64,000 nucleotides of DNA from Octopus vulgaris (lineage: Eukaryota). Of this stretch, positions 14,096-27,049 are shown in pieces (positions within the stretch are counted from its first letter, which is position 1; every line of letters begins with the position of its first letter). The translations under genes and the position numbers were made by a program. The notes under the pieces were generated by a model. It did not search any database. It was not told the DNA's origin and was given only the letters and a program-made list of their open reading frames with translations. Location: positions 27,962,001 to 28,026,000 of the forward strand of contig OX597818.1 of assembly GCA_951406725.2 (NCBI GenBank), read 5' to 3'.

Positions 14096-14629
14096 TACTC
14101 AGTAATCTCTTACCATATCGTGGTTTATTTAAGATTACGTTGTTTCCTCCTTGGTGTTGTTTTGCATAAATAAATATACACAAAAAAAGTAATAAAAAAT
14201 ATACAGTACAATACTGTTTCTACTTCATGGATTTTTACCTATCATAGAGGATTTGGAATATAACATCTGTGATAGTCAAGGGATTACTGTATATATATAC
14301 ACACACACACACATATGTATGTATATATAATGCAAGGGAGATGATAATTTGAGAGTAGTTCCTCCTGTTGGGCATATTTGTTTGTTTGCTCTAAATCCAT
14401 GTGTGATCTCATGTGATTTTACTGTTTTCATTCAAGCAGCCACATTCCATGTGACAGACTTGGTAATAGCTAAGAGATACCTGTCTTACCATAAAACCAT
14501 TGGTAACCAGGTTAACCTACAATTAAAAACTATCCACCAATGCAGTGTGAAGCACTCATTCTCCTTGTGCAATATTAACATATGTATGTATGTATGTATG
14601 TATATATATATATATATAGGTGTGTAACT

Positions 14630-14845
14630 GTTGAATGTGGATTTGTCCTTTAATTTGGAGGTTTCCAAAAATGATTTCTGATGTTGGTTCTTCATACGTT
14701 GCTGGGAGTTTACAGGTGTAAATTTGCAAAGATATGAAAGTAGTACTTGTATATAATATATGGTGAATTTATGGAATGAAGTTCCATAAAATTCATTAAT
14801 TTAGTTAAAAACAGAGGAGACAAGTTGTTAAAATATATGTTTAAT
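14630..14845. repeat. dispersed repeat with a diverged direct copy at ~18296-18500
   Basis: Shared tcctttaatttggagg..gatttct..ttcttcata..ggtgtaaa..gtgaatttatggaa blocks. Confidence 0.6.
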
Positions 14846-14880
14846 CCTTGAAGATGATCATTTCGAACAGAGACATAATA

Positions 14881-14917
14881 ATAATGATGATGATGGTGAT
14901 GGTGATGATGGTGGTGG

Positions 14918-14997
<80 letters not shown>

Positions 14998-14998
14998 T
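14881..14998. repeat. (ATG)n microsatellite
   Basis: Direct reading. Confidence 0.95.
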
Positions 14999-15489
14999 AA
15001 ATTCATGATTGGATAAAATAAAATTAATTACGTATCAACATACTCTTCAGTGCAGGAAGTAAAAACCATAATACGAAGAACTTGAGAAGGAATATAGTAG
15101 AAAAATTGAATCTAGGAGATTCATACTTTTATCTGTGTGGAAAAGAGATGTGAGTCATGTCAGATATATAACTAACAGCTACAACAGATATTTGAAGATA
15201 TAAGTAAAGAGGTATCATAGATGTTCCCTCTATAGATGAGTATGGAAATTAGAGATTTAAACTCCAAATAAGTAGCATAGGGCAAATATGTATCAGAGGT
15301 GTCCAATTGAATGACACTCCTAGGTTTGAATTAAAAGATGAGCTAATCGTTGAAATCATTACATAGTATAATGTATTTTTTAAAATATTTCTATACATAT
15401 GAATGATGTTTGTGCAATATTGATGGAATATTTTCCACATAACACAAATCATGTAGCACTCCCAGCGGCATTGGAGAGAGTAGAGATAG

Positions 15490-16045
15490 ATTTTTTTTTT
15501 TGTTGACCCCAATAATCAATGCTTTTCATGCTGTCTATCTTTCTTGTTATTGACCTTTGGAGTGCTTCTACTTTCATAATGAGTTATTTCGTATGGGAGG
15601 ACCACACTGGGCAACAGTATTCAAGGTGGGGTTGGGCAAAAGTAGAGTAGAGAAAGATGATGAATGTAGGCATCTCTAGACCAGAAAGTTCTCAGAATCC
15701 AGGAGTACATCTTGTGGGCCAAGTCAACTTTGCTGTTTACGTGGGAACTACAGCTTAGATTGTTATCAACAATTACTCCAAGGTCTCTGGTGTTGTTGGA
15801 TGACACTGGGGAGTCGCCTGAGGGAAGAGCATATGGTAATTTCAGAGTTTCCTCTTTTCCAAAGTGGATCAAATCAAACTTATCTTCCTTTAAAAGCATA
15901 TTGCTTTTTTTCCCACCCATTGGACAATAGCAAACAGATCTGACTGAAGGCATGTTCAGTCTCACATGCCGTTTATGGCTTTCTGGAGTTGGGAATCATC
16001 TGCAATGATCTTCAATGTAGAATGTTTGATGACATCTACAGTATA
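15490..16045 (-). mobile_element. CR1/L2-type LINE RT C-terminal remnant
   Basis: KIIADDSQL and RDLGVIVDNNLS motifs on the minus strand. Confidence 0.65.
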
Positions 16046-16046
16046 A

Positions 16047-16086
<40 letters not shown>

Positions 16087-16169
16087 TCATTATCATCATC
16101 GTTTTCCATACCGGCATGGGTTGGGCAGTTTGACTGGGGACTGGCATATATATATATATATATAATTAT

Positions 16170-18260
16170 AACATGAAAACCTACAGACCCCCCCCCTTTC
16201 AATCCTGCACTATTGAAGCTGGAGAAATACCTCATTAACCTGGTGAAAAAACTTAAATTCTCTTGAACCACAAACCACATCCAAAAGAAAATAACTGACA
16301 TTATTTCTCAAATTAAAAATTCTGATAACATACATGTTCTCTCTCATAAAATGGGAAAACTATATTCACTACCTACTGACGCCTATAATAACTTTATTTT
16401 GAAGGAATTGATCTCTAAATATAAAATAGTGGCTAGTAATAGATTGAATGAAATTAATAAGAAACATTTCGATTTAATTAAAGAGCTAAAACTACTAGAT
16501 AGAATTGAACCCTATGCCCCTAAAATCCCACACTTCACCTTTAAGGACCACAAAGCCAACTTCGAGAGCAAACCAACTGTTAGACTAATCTGCCCAACCA
16601 AACTGGATCTGGACAGAGTTAGTAAATCTATCATCAATAGAATTATCCCTCATATTAAAAGGAACATGAACCTCCCACTTTGGGTATTCACGGGAGATGT
16701 CATAACTTGGTTCTGCTCTTCAAATAACAAAAAGAAAACCTGCTTTATTCAATTTGACATTAGTAATTACTACCAGTCCATTAAACCTGATTTACTAGAC
16801 AAAAGGGATCTTTTCGGTTTGAACGGCAGTTTTTAACATTATTTCTAGGTAACTAAAAAATTTTAAACTTCGTATACTGGTAGAATGTGTTTATAAAACA
16901 TCTTTTTCTCTTGGCTTTATTGAGAAAATTCTATAGTTTGTAAGATATTTGTTGTTTTTTCCTTCAATTTCTGCAATTTCAACCAATCAATGACGTCTAT
17001 TGAGATAAAAAAAACATTCTGTGCAGTATGAATATGTCCCTCGTTTAAGAAACAGATTGGGTTTATTTACATTTGAGAAGAAAAAAAGATACCCTTCACC
17101 CCACCCCTAACCCTAACCCTAACTAACCCTAAAACAGATTGAAATGCAATAGATCGATACTAGGGTCATAATTATGGGTGACAATTTCATATGACACTGC
17201 TAGAAAAAACTGCAATTCAAACCAAAAAGATCCGACAAAAGTATTAAATTTGTAAAGAAATTTACTAGTATCATGCCTTTGGAGAAAAATATCATATTTA
17301 CCACAAGGAAAATACTGATATCCTTCAAAAATAGAACATGCCCCCAATCTGACCTTCACGATGACTTTGATGTTACAATGGGAAGTTTGGATTCTGCCCA
17401 GGTCACAGATATTGCTGGACTATTTCTAATCTCTAAAATTAGGGAAAAACTCCCTAATATTAGTGGAGGCCTATATAGAGATGATGCCTTAGTTGCCATA
17501 TCTGAATCCTCTGCACAATCAACTGATAGAATTAGGAAAAAGTTTGTGAAATTTATTAAATTATACAAATTAGATATCATATTTGAAAATGTCTCTAAAT
17601 GTGTTAACATATTGGATGTAACATTAAATTTGGAAAGCCTAACAAAACTATTAAGTATATCCACACCTTATCAATCATCCCCAAAGTGTCATTAAGGGAA
17701 TAATTAGAGGTGTGTCAATAAGAATATCTAATTTATCTGCAAATGAAAATATGTTTAACAAGTTAGCACCCCTTTATAATACAGCATTAAAAGACTGATT
17801 TTAACAGTAAAATATACTATATTAGGCAAACAGTTTCCAAATATTACAAATTCTAACATTGACACACATCCTATAAACAACCCACCGAATATAGAAACCA
17901 ACAACACTTTAGAAGACACTATAGATTTTTCAAGTATAGCAATAACGATATGGAGCAGAATAGGAACCATTCTGGGAGGAAACGAAAAATTGTATGGTTT
18001 ACACCCCACTTCTCCCTCCAGATAAGAAACCTCTCTAACTTACTTTTTAAGCATTATCGATAGGAACTTCCCACCTGGCCATAGATACAATTCTATGTTT
18101 AATAGATTGTGTCTTAAATTATCTTATTCTACCACAAACAATCTTGGATCTATCATCACAGCCAATAATAGACTTAAACTTAGAAGTAATGAAACCAATA
18201 GAGATAACCTAGCTGACCCCAACACGAAGAACAATAATAAGGACTTGGATATTAAAAACA
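16170..18260 (+). mobile_element. Penelope-like element RT (degenerate), split by a MITE
   Basis: KDHKANFESKPTVRLICP, FDISNYY, FDVTMGSLDSAQVTD and GLYRDDAL; ORFs 16351 and 17273 rejoin in frame (DLLDK|SIKFVKK) once the MITE and one TSD copy are removed. Confidence 0.85.
16806..17233. mobile_element. non-autonomous TIR transposon (Merlin/hAT-like) with 8-bp TSD
   Basis: TIRs ggatcttttcggtttgaa / ttcaaaccaaaaagatcc; TSD GACAAAAG at 16798-16805 and 17234-17241; internal (CCCTAA)n; the same terminus recurs at ~24089. Confidence 0.85.
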
Positions 18261-18809
18261 AATAAATATGTATATATAAATGTATATGTAAAAAGGTTGA
18301 ATTAGATTCATCCTTTAATTTGGAGGTCTCAAAAAAAGATTTCTAATATAGATTCTTCATATTTTTGCTAGTAGCTTACTGGTGTAAAATTGTGAATATG
18401 AAAATAATACTTGTCTGTGGTGTGTTGTGAATTTATGGAAAGAAATCCCATAAAACTCAACAATTTTGATAAAATGAAGAAGAGAAGGTGTTAAAATACA
18501 TAAGAGAATTTTAAAATACTCTTATATATTTTAACACCTTCCCTTCTCCACTTTGGGTCTTCAGAGAGGAAGGACTAAGTAATATCCTTCATAAAGGATA
18601 TTAATATTTACCAATTCTATCATCAAAGAATTAAAGAGTATCTTTAATGAAAGATATTAGTAGTTGCCAGTTTGATCATTGAAGACAGAATGAGGTAGAT
18701 TTATAGTGGAAGGCTTATGGGGAATACAGGACAGTATCAAAGAAAGAGAGTCATGAATACTAAGGAGTAGATAGAGACTATTCTGGTATGGTGAAGGCAT
18801 ATTATTTAC

Positions 18810-19070
18810 ATTATTTTCATTTGACAGATATTTGTCCTCATCTTGTTTGTTGTTAACACGTTTTGGCTGATATACCCTCCAGCTTTCATCAGGTGTCTTG
18901 GGGAAATTTCGAACCTGGGTTCTCATTCCTAAGGTATTTTTCGATGTTGTTGTTGTTGTTGTTATTATCATTATTATTATTATTTAGGTCACTACTTGGA
19001 ATTGAACTCGGAATCTTGGGGTTAGTAGCCTGCGCTCTTAACCACTATGCCATATGCCCATGAGCAGTGA

Positions 19071-19111
<41 letters not shown>

Positions 19112-19260
19112 GCATCGAAAAATACCTTAGGAATGAGAACCCAAGTTCAAAATTTCCCCAAGACACCTGATGAAGGCTGGAGGGTATATCAGCCGAAACA
19201 TGTTAACAACAAACAAGATGAGGACAAATATCCATCAAATGTAAATAATTCCTCATCTCT
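18810..19260. mobile_element. short tRNA-headed element with hammerhead-like motif, plus an inverted partial copy
   Basis: Minus-strand head 19060-18986 with A-box TGGCATAGTGG and B-box GAGTTCAATTCC; body 18811-18945 is inverted at 19113-19250; CTGATGA-A-GGCTG..CAGCC-GAAA at 19167-19198. Confidence 0.65.
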
Positions 19261-19457
19261 TAAATATAGAACTGTGAAAGCATATTGTTTTTGTTTTCTT
19301 TTTGTTTTAGTCACAGTTCAAGTTAGAAGTTTAGTAGTAAACTAGCCCAAGCACTTATTGTACATACCTATTACAAACACACACACATGAAATGCTAGAA
19401 ATCATTTACTACACACTGAAATAATAAATTTTTCATTTTCCATTTCTTTTCTTAAAG

Positions 19458-19499
19458 GCACTGAAGATTATTATGCAAGTATTTCAGAAACACTTGACA
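19458..19499 (+). CDS. microexon E1 (42 nt, phase 1-1): TEDYYASISETLD
   Basis: Pyrimidine tract + taaAG acceptor, GTAAGT donor; flanks homologous to those of E2; Tyr in the same register as in sister exons. Confidence 0.75.
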
Positions 19500-19807
19500 G
19501 TAAGTATAATTAACACCAAATAATAAATAGCTTTATATTTGATATTGGTTTTAAAATTACTAACCTTCTACCATGAACATTGGTAGAAGGTTAGTAATTT
19601 CAGGGGAGAGGAAATTCAATTTCATCGACTCCATTACTCAACCTGTACTTTTTTTAAAACCCTGGAGGAGTGAAAGGCCAAGTTGACCTGAGCAGAATTT
19701 GAACTCAGAACATGAAGACAGACAAAATGCTGCTAAACATTTTGCCTGGCATGCTAAAGCTTCTGGCAGCCTGCCTCCTTAGTTTTATATTTGATATTAT
19801 TTTATAC

Positions 19808-20168
<361 letters not shown>

Positions 20169-20799
20169 ACTTTCCAAGGAGTTTCTATAAGTCAGAAAAG
20201 AAGAGCATAATTGTATATTTTGTATTCCGTGTTACTAATTTTGTCTTATAATAGCCAGTTTGTGTTACTCAATAATTTCACAACAAAATTTCTACATTAA
20301 AACGAATAATTTAATACTCATTACACATTAGACATGGAAAAGTATAGCTTGTGATCTTTCCAACTGAATATTTAAATAACAATATCTGTCAAAGTGTTAT
20401 AGAGATGTTGGGAAAAAAAAAAATCAAAGCATGATGGAAATCACACAGTCAAAAAGCAAATTTAGCCTTCAGCCACATTAGAATTATATTCCTTGGACTG
20501 ATCTTTTTAGGCATTGCCCCGTAGGCTAGCTTCAATTGTGTATGGAAGTGTGAAGTGGGGAGCAATGTTGTGATATAGAGTGTAGGGGAGAGGGAATGTG
20601 GCATTATCTCCACATGAGCAACCTGCTCCTGTGTTTGGTTTGGATTGCTTTACTAAAATTTGCTTTTTGTTTGTGTACAACTTAAAGAAACCCTCAACGT
20701 GTGTGTGTTGAAAATTTTTCTGTGCTTATGCATCTGTGGAAAATTTTCATTAATCTAATGAAGACATGAGTCAGGCTATCCTGATGCTATCCTTGAAAC

Positions 20800-21310
20800 T
20801 GTTAGTAATCAAGGCTTCGTTATAATATAGGACTGCCTTGTCAAAGATCTTACAGGAAATTGTGATGAAGATCCTTCTGCAAACACCCTTCATATGGTTT
20901 TTGTTAACTATGGCTGGGTGGCAGGAAGTTGTGTTAATATAAGTCAGTTTTGTAGTTGCTTTCTGGAAGAGTTCAAGAGAATTTGTCCAGGTGTAATGTC
21001 ACACCTAGGAAATTAATTATTTTCAAATTTGTCTCTATAGTAATTTTGAGCTCAAGGGAATTAAGAGCAGGGAAAAGTCTTTCCTGAACCTATTGAAGTT
21101 GTGTCCATTTGCCCCTTTTCATAACACCAAAGCATCAGCCCTCTATAGACCAAAGGGGATTTTCTTGTGTGTCTAGAATCAATAAGCTCACATATGTTAT
21201 CACTGTCAGAGGCTCTCACCACCATATCGAATGAACCTTCTGAGTCAGTTTGCTTGACCTCTGCTCAACTTTTATTGAAATAAAAGATTTTCCTGGCATG
21301 CATAATTTTA
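20800..21310 (-). mobile_element. Penelope-like RT remnant
   Basis: Reverse complement gives degenerate GSFDMVV and GL*RAD, corresponding to the FDVTMGS and GLYRDD motifs. Confidence 0.5.
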
Positions 21311-21693
21311 CATTGGTCTAAGGCCTCACCTTGGTTCTACAAAAGAATCATGTATATACCATTATACAATATATGTTACATGTTCATTCATGGAAATAAC
21401 AAAAGAGACTGATTTTAAAATAACTGTGGGACTTTATTCTTTTGCATTAACTGAATCGGGGGGGGGGGTCCAGGATTTTTTTTTTGCGTTGCCCCAAAAG
21501 TTTCAAAAAAATACTATATAAGGGTAGAAATCGTAATTCGTAATGAATGGACACATTTTTATGCATTCTAACTTTGTTGTAGCAGACCATATGCATATGA
21601 AACAGTAATGCTGTGAATAAAATCATGATGTTATTATATTTGCAACAGTGCAGTGAGTGTTGATTTACCTAAGGAAAGTAGTGGCAAACTAGA

Positions 21694-21990
21694 AATGTAG
21701 TCTACGGAATAAGATGCGTAGAAGGTGCTTATAAAGACATGAACATGACATGTATAGGGAAGACATCTAGGAGCATTGTATAAAGACTAAATGAACATTT
21801 GAGACAATATGATGACAAAAAATAGTCCTCCATACTCCACCAACATGTCAAGGACCAACATAGAGGCAACCTAGATCAACTTGACAGCTGCATTTTATCC
21901 AAGCACCTGAAGGACCCAACACTCAGACAAATACAGGAGTACGTTCTCATAAATGAAACATCCCCTGTACTAAATAGGAAATATACGTAG
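21694..21990 (+). mobile_element. GIY-YIG endonuclease remnant (Penelope-like)
   Basis: NVVYGIRC..IGKTSRSIV*RLNEH..LRQIQEYVLINETSPVLNRK. Confidence 0.65.
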
Positions 21991-23448
21991 TAGATAATCA
22001 TACCCCTATACCTACAGTTTATATTTATATACAGGTAGTTAGTGGGCTGTTATGTAGATGTATGTATGTGTGTGTGTGTATGCACATGTATGTAGGTAAA
22101 TGGATATGAAAGTAAACAGATAGACATACTGACGGATAGGTACATAGGTAATATGAACAGACAAGCACACATACACACACATACGCAAATGAAGACTGAA
22201 ATGCACGACCTTATACACACACACACACACTTCACTTCACACAAGGACACATATGGAGACACACGTTCACACATATGGAGATAGACATCCATACATAGAG
22301 ACACAGTACATAGTCACAAAAACCCAAGCAGACACACACATACACACTCAGACATGCACACACAAGGAGACAGAGGTACACACACACACACAGACAAAAC
22401 ACAAACGCCAAAACACACCCACCCAAACATATGAATATGTAGAATACATTCAAACGTACACACATACATGTATACATGTACACACATATACATACATGCA
22501 TACACACACTTACATGCATACATACATACATACATACATACATACATACATACGTACATACATACATACATACATACATACATACATACACACATACATA
22601 TACATAAATGTGTAATGGTGTCTGTCTGTGTGTGTGTGTTTGGGGTTACTCTAACTCCTCCCACACCGTCCAACCGATTTTAATGATCTTGGCACATAGG
22701 TAGATCACCCTAACCTCTTCTACTCCAACCCACCTCTAAAATGGGGTAGCCATATATTTCCTCTATAGAAAGACACCAGTGCTTGTTTCTCTATTATATT
22801 TTAGCCTTTTAATACCTGAAGCACCCACTACACTCTCGGAGTAGTTGGCGTTAGGAAGGGCATCCAGCTGTAGAAACTCTGCCAGATCAAGATTGGAGCC
22901 TGGTGCAGCCATCTGGTTCGCCAGTCCTCAGTCAAAATCATCCAACCCATGCTAGCATGGAAAGTGGACGTTAAACAATGATGATGATGATGATGGTGAT
23001 GAAATCAAGCTACACCTCAAATACTCTCTACTTAGTAGCGAGAGATTTTACTTTTTCATTTTTTCCATGTTCTTTTTCTGTCTTGCAAGTTAACCAGCTA
23101 ACTCAATAGTGTCAGTGACATGATTAAAAAAAAAAAGACATACAGTATACTCTGAAAAGTAGCTGGTGTTGGGAATGACATCCAACTGCAGAAACTATGC
23201 AAGAGCTGAATTCGGAGCTTGCCAGATCCAACCAAACCATCTATCTCATGTTTGGCATGAAAAGTGAACATTAACTAATGATGGTGAAACAAAAACGTTA
23301 CATGAACAAAAAATTAGCATATTTTCCAAATATAATTTGGAAATATGATTGTAGAATCTATTTTTATCCTAGAAATAGTTTGTTTTAGATATTATGCACC
23401 ACACACACAAGCAATAAATATATTCATTTTTCATTTTCTTTTATGAAG

Positions 23449-23490
23449 ATGTGGATGGCGGTTATGCTACTATTTTGTCTGAACCAAGCA
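23449..23490 (+). CDS. microexon E2 (42 nt, phase 1-1): (N)VDGGYATILSEPS
   Basis: tgaAG acceptor after a T-rich tract, GTAAGT donor; upstream caataaata motif shared with the A-type exons. Confidence 0.75.
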
Positions 23491-24248
23491 GTAAGTATAA
23501 TAAATACAATTAATAAATAGCATTATATTTCATATCATTTTCAAAATTATATATACACACATTAGCTGAAATACCCAACATTGCCTGACTCAGAAAATTA
23601 ACAGTAACATTGCAAAGCTCTTTATATAACTTTTTGTAAATATTTTCAAAGAAAAAAAATCACTCAAGGAAATTTCAGACTAAGAACACTTTGTAGACCT
23701 TTTAATTTTTATTTTTTTAAGGCTATAGTTTGATTTCTATATTCCAAACATACGCAAATTCAATTCTATAAAAATTTGTACACAAATTAAAATTTTTTTA
23801 ATCCCTTTTCTATTTCAGTTTAAACTAACCCTTACCCTAACTAAAAATTGTAATCCTAAATGCTAACACGAAACCCTAACGCTAAATTCTAAACCTCAGC
23901 TCTTACCTTAAAACTAATCCTAATTTTATCCCTAAAATATAAACTACAATACTAACCCTAATATTAAATCCTAAACCCAATCCCCAACGCTAGCCTTAAT
24001 TTTTGTATGGAATCATGATCTCCTATGTTTGAAACATATACTTCTAAAAAAAATTATGTTAAAAACTGCCATTCAAACCGAAAAGATCCTAGGTTTCTTT
24101 CTATTTCCACCTACCAATACCTCAACAAGGATTTGGCCAGCCTGGGGCTATAGTAGAAGACATTTGCTCAAGCTGCCAAGTAGTAAAACTGAATCCAGAA
24201 CTTGATTTGTTAAGCAAACTCTAACTACACAGCCATGGCTGTACCCAT

Positions 24249-24285
<37 letters not shown>

Positions 24286-24476
24286 AGAGTTTATGAAAAA
24301 AACAAAAGTCGAAGACAGGTGGTGTACAAAACAAACAGATGTATTAGTATAATGCTCAGGAATAGAAAAAGTCTTTTATGTTTCGAGCCTACGCTCTTCT
24401 ACAGAAAGGGACACAGAAAAAACAAGGAGAGAAAAAAATGTGTGTAGTGGCTAACGATCTATCATGGCGACTAATA

Positions 24477-24526
<50 letters not shown>

Positions 24527-24828
24527 TATTAGGGAATAAATTATTATTCCAACCTTACAGGTAAAATTCAGTATAATAATATTATACCAAAATTCGTAAT
24601 AAATAATATATAATATATGTATATAACTAATTTAGAGATGAGCCACCATTTCACAACTCAGTCAGTAAAGGACCCATCCAAAACCATGCTGTGAGACATA
24701 TACTATAGAAAATCGAATATCATACATAGAAAACATTCATCATAAAAATATTAATCTAAAATCAATAAAGTATAAATTAAACAAAAAATTAATCTAAAAT
24801 ATAATGCATAAAAGTAAGTATTAATATA

Positions 24829-24947
24829 TTGACTACGCACGTTTCATGCTGACTTAGGACTATAGAAAATCATATAAGAAACCTTATCCAAGTTCATTAG
24901 AACGGAAAAATGATATTACTCCCAAAATCAGTCACTCCTCAGGTCAA
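24829..24947 (-). ncRNA. type I hammerhead ribozyme motif
   Basis: Minus strand: TTGAC-CTGAGGA-GTG..long stem II..CAT-GAAA-CGTGCG-TA-GTCAA; core intact, 5-bp stem I. Confidence 0.65.
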
Positions 24948-26257
24948 ATTCCTAAAAAAACCTAAAACTAAAACTTTAACTTACCTCATGATATGATAAT
25001 GAATAAAAAATAATAAGATAATAAAATAATAAGAAAATAATAAGGAATAAAAAATATATATATATAAAGAAACAAAAACTATATGTAATCTCTAAGTTAA
25101 AGACATTAGTATTATTAAAAATTCCAATTGAGTATTATTGGGAACATGAGTAATTCATTATGGAGAATGTAAATAAATGTAAATACATGTTAGTGTATAA
25201 AGTTAATAAAAGAAATGTCGATATTGTTTAGAATAAATTTAAAATTAAAAAACATGACTTATCTGCCGGCAAATTACTGTAGATTAAAACTATTTTAATC
25301 TACAGAAATTCGCCAGCAGATAAGTCTTTGAAAAAATGAGTTGAGATGGCTTTTGCGGGGATAGTTTTTATTTTAATGATAATGTTTACAGTTACTCTAA
25401 TGAGTTTCTAGCTTTTCGATATCCATTTTCAAACTGAAATTCTGTGGTTTAGAAGGTTGCTTGTATAGAAAAAGGCTTTTATTTTTCTTACAAGTATACA
25501 AATAAAAAATAAAATTGCAGATAGAAAATAAAAAATAAGAAATATAAAAATCAACATAAAAAATAATAAAAGAATACACAATATAAATACATGTGTGAAA
25601 AAGAAGAAAGAAGAAAAGAAAAAAGAAAAAGGAAAAAGAAAAAGGTGGAGAAAGGGAAGCAAGAGGAAAGAGGAAAGTAAAGAGTAGTGTGTGTGTGTGT
25701 ATGTGTGCATGTGTACATGTATACACACATACGCATGTGCAAGCGCACATGCACACGTACACTAAGTAAAGCACAGTTATTCGCCACACACCCAAACTCT
25801 ACGCATACACACACATACACACACACATACTACAAACAAAACACACACACGATACATATACATACACGCACACACACACACATACTTCAAACTTGCAGTA
25901 CCTACTAGAGACAAAAGGAGCCACTCCCAATTCCTTCTTCCTTGACCTTAAACATTACTAGCCCTACAACACGCAAAGATTAACAGCCACAACCACACAC
26001 ATATACACACACGCACACACACACACACATGTTATCATTGCACTCATACACACATACACACACACGCACACGCAGACCTCCGCAAACGCACATATCCACA
26101 CTTACACACACATTCCTCCTCCTCTACCACTCTCCTGTCTTTGAAAGAACTTTTCTTCACCCATTTCCTTCCGGTCATTCAAAATGTGACCGCGTGTGTA
26201 CCACTGGCGATTTTTTTTCCCTCTGTCTTCCCTTCTCTGGATCTTTCCTTCTCCTAT

Positions 26258-26292
26258 GTTTCTGACGAAGAGCTCCGCTCGAAACGTTAAAC
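26258..26292 (+). ncRNA. minimal hammerhead-like motif
   Basis: GTTT-CTGACGA-A-GAGC(TCC)GCTC-GAA-ACGT-T-AAAC; palindromic stem III. Confidence 0.5.
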
Positions 26293-27049
26293 CCTCCTTC
26301 TTTCCTGAGCGTCCAATAATACTATATTTGTTCCACGTCCTCGCGTTGTGTTTTTTTGTGCTTTCTTGTTTGGATTAACTTCATATAAGTACTTATATAT
26401 ATATACAAGTGTGTGCATATGTGTGTGTGTATATATGTATGTATGCATGTATGTGTATATGTATATGTATGTATATGTGTATATGTATGTATATACATAT
26501 GTCTGTGTATGTATGCGTGTATATGTGTGGTTGTGTGTGTGTAGATATTTGTATACATATGTGCATGTATGTATGTGTATGTTTATATGTATGTATATAT
26601 ATATATATATGTGTATATATATGTGTGTATATATATATGTGTGTGTGTGTGCACATATACATAGATACACATGGAGACGTGTATGCATGTGTGTGTGTGT
26701 GGATGTATGTATACATGCATGTGTGGATGTATGTGTGTGTGTATATGATTGAGTAGGGGCACAGTGTACCAGCTGTGAGTGATGAATAAAATGACCTCAA
26801 ATCAAAAGATCATCAAAGGTCATCTTTTGACAAGAACTCAACATTTTTGACCACTCATAAAATATTCCATTTCTTTATTCCTGATAAAGTAATCTCTTCT
26901 CCCTACTATATTCTTCTTTTTGTCTTCCTCCTCTTACCCTTTACCTTCCTCCTTCCTTCCTCTTGTTTTTCTTCATGTTCTTTCTTTCCCCCTTTTTTCC
27001 CCCTTTTTCTTTTTTTCTTTTTTCACACATGCTCTTGTATTTACATTTT

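Noticed and set aside
14710-15006. Poly-histidine ORF
   Set aside because: Antisense reading of an (ATG)n microsatellite; flanks belong to a dispersed repeat
15045-15180. Short frame YEELEKEYSRK as a further tyrosine exon
   Set aside because: No phase-compatible acceptor/donor pair and no homology to the flanks of the array exons
17100-17135. True telomere or chromosome-fusion scar
   Set aside because: Only a few units, located inside a TIR element with a TSD
18986-19060. Functional tRNA gene
   Set aside because: A/B boxes present but stems are poorly paired; embedded in a repeat, so treated as a SINE head
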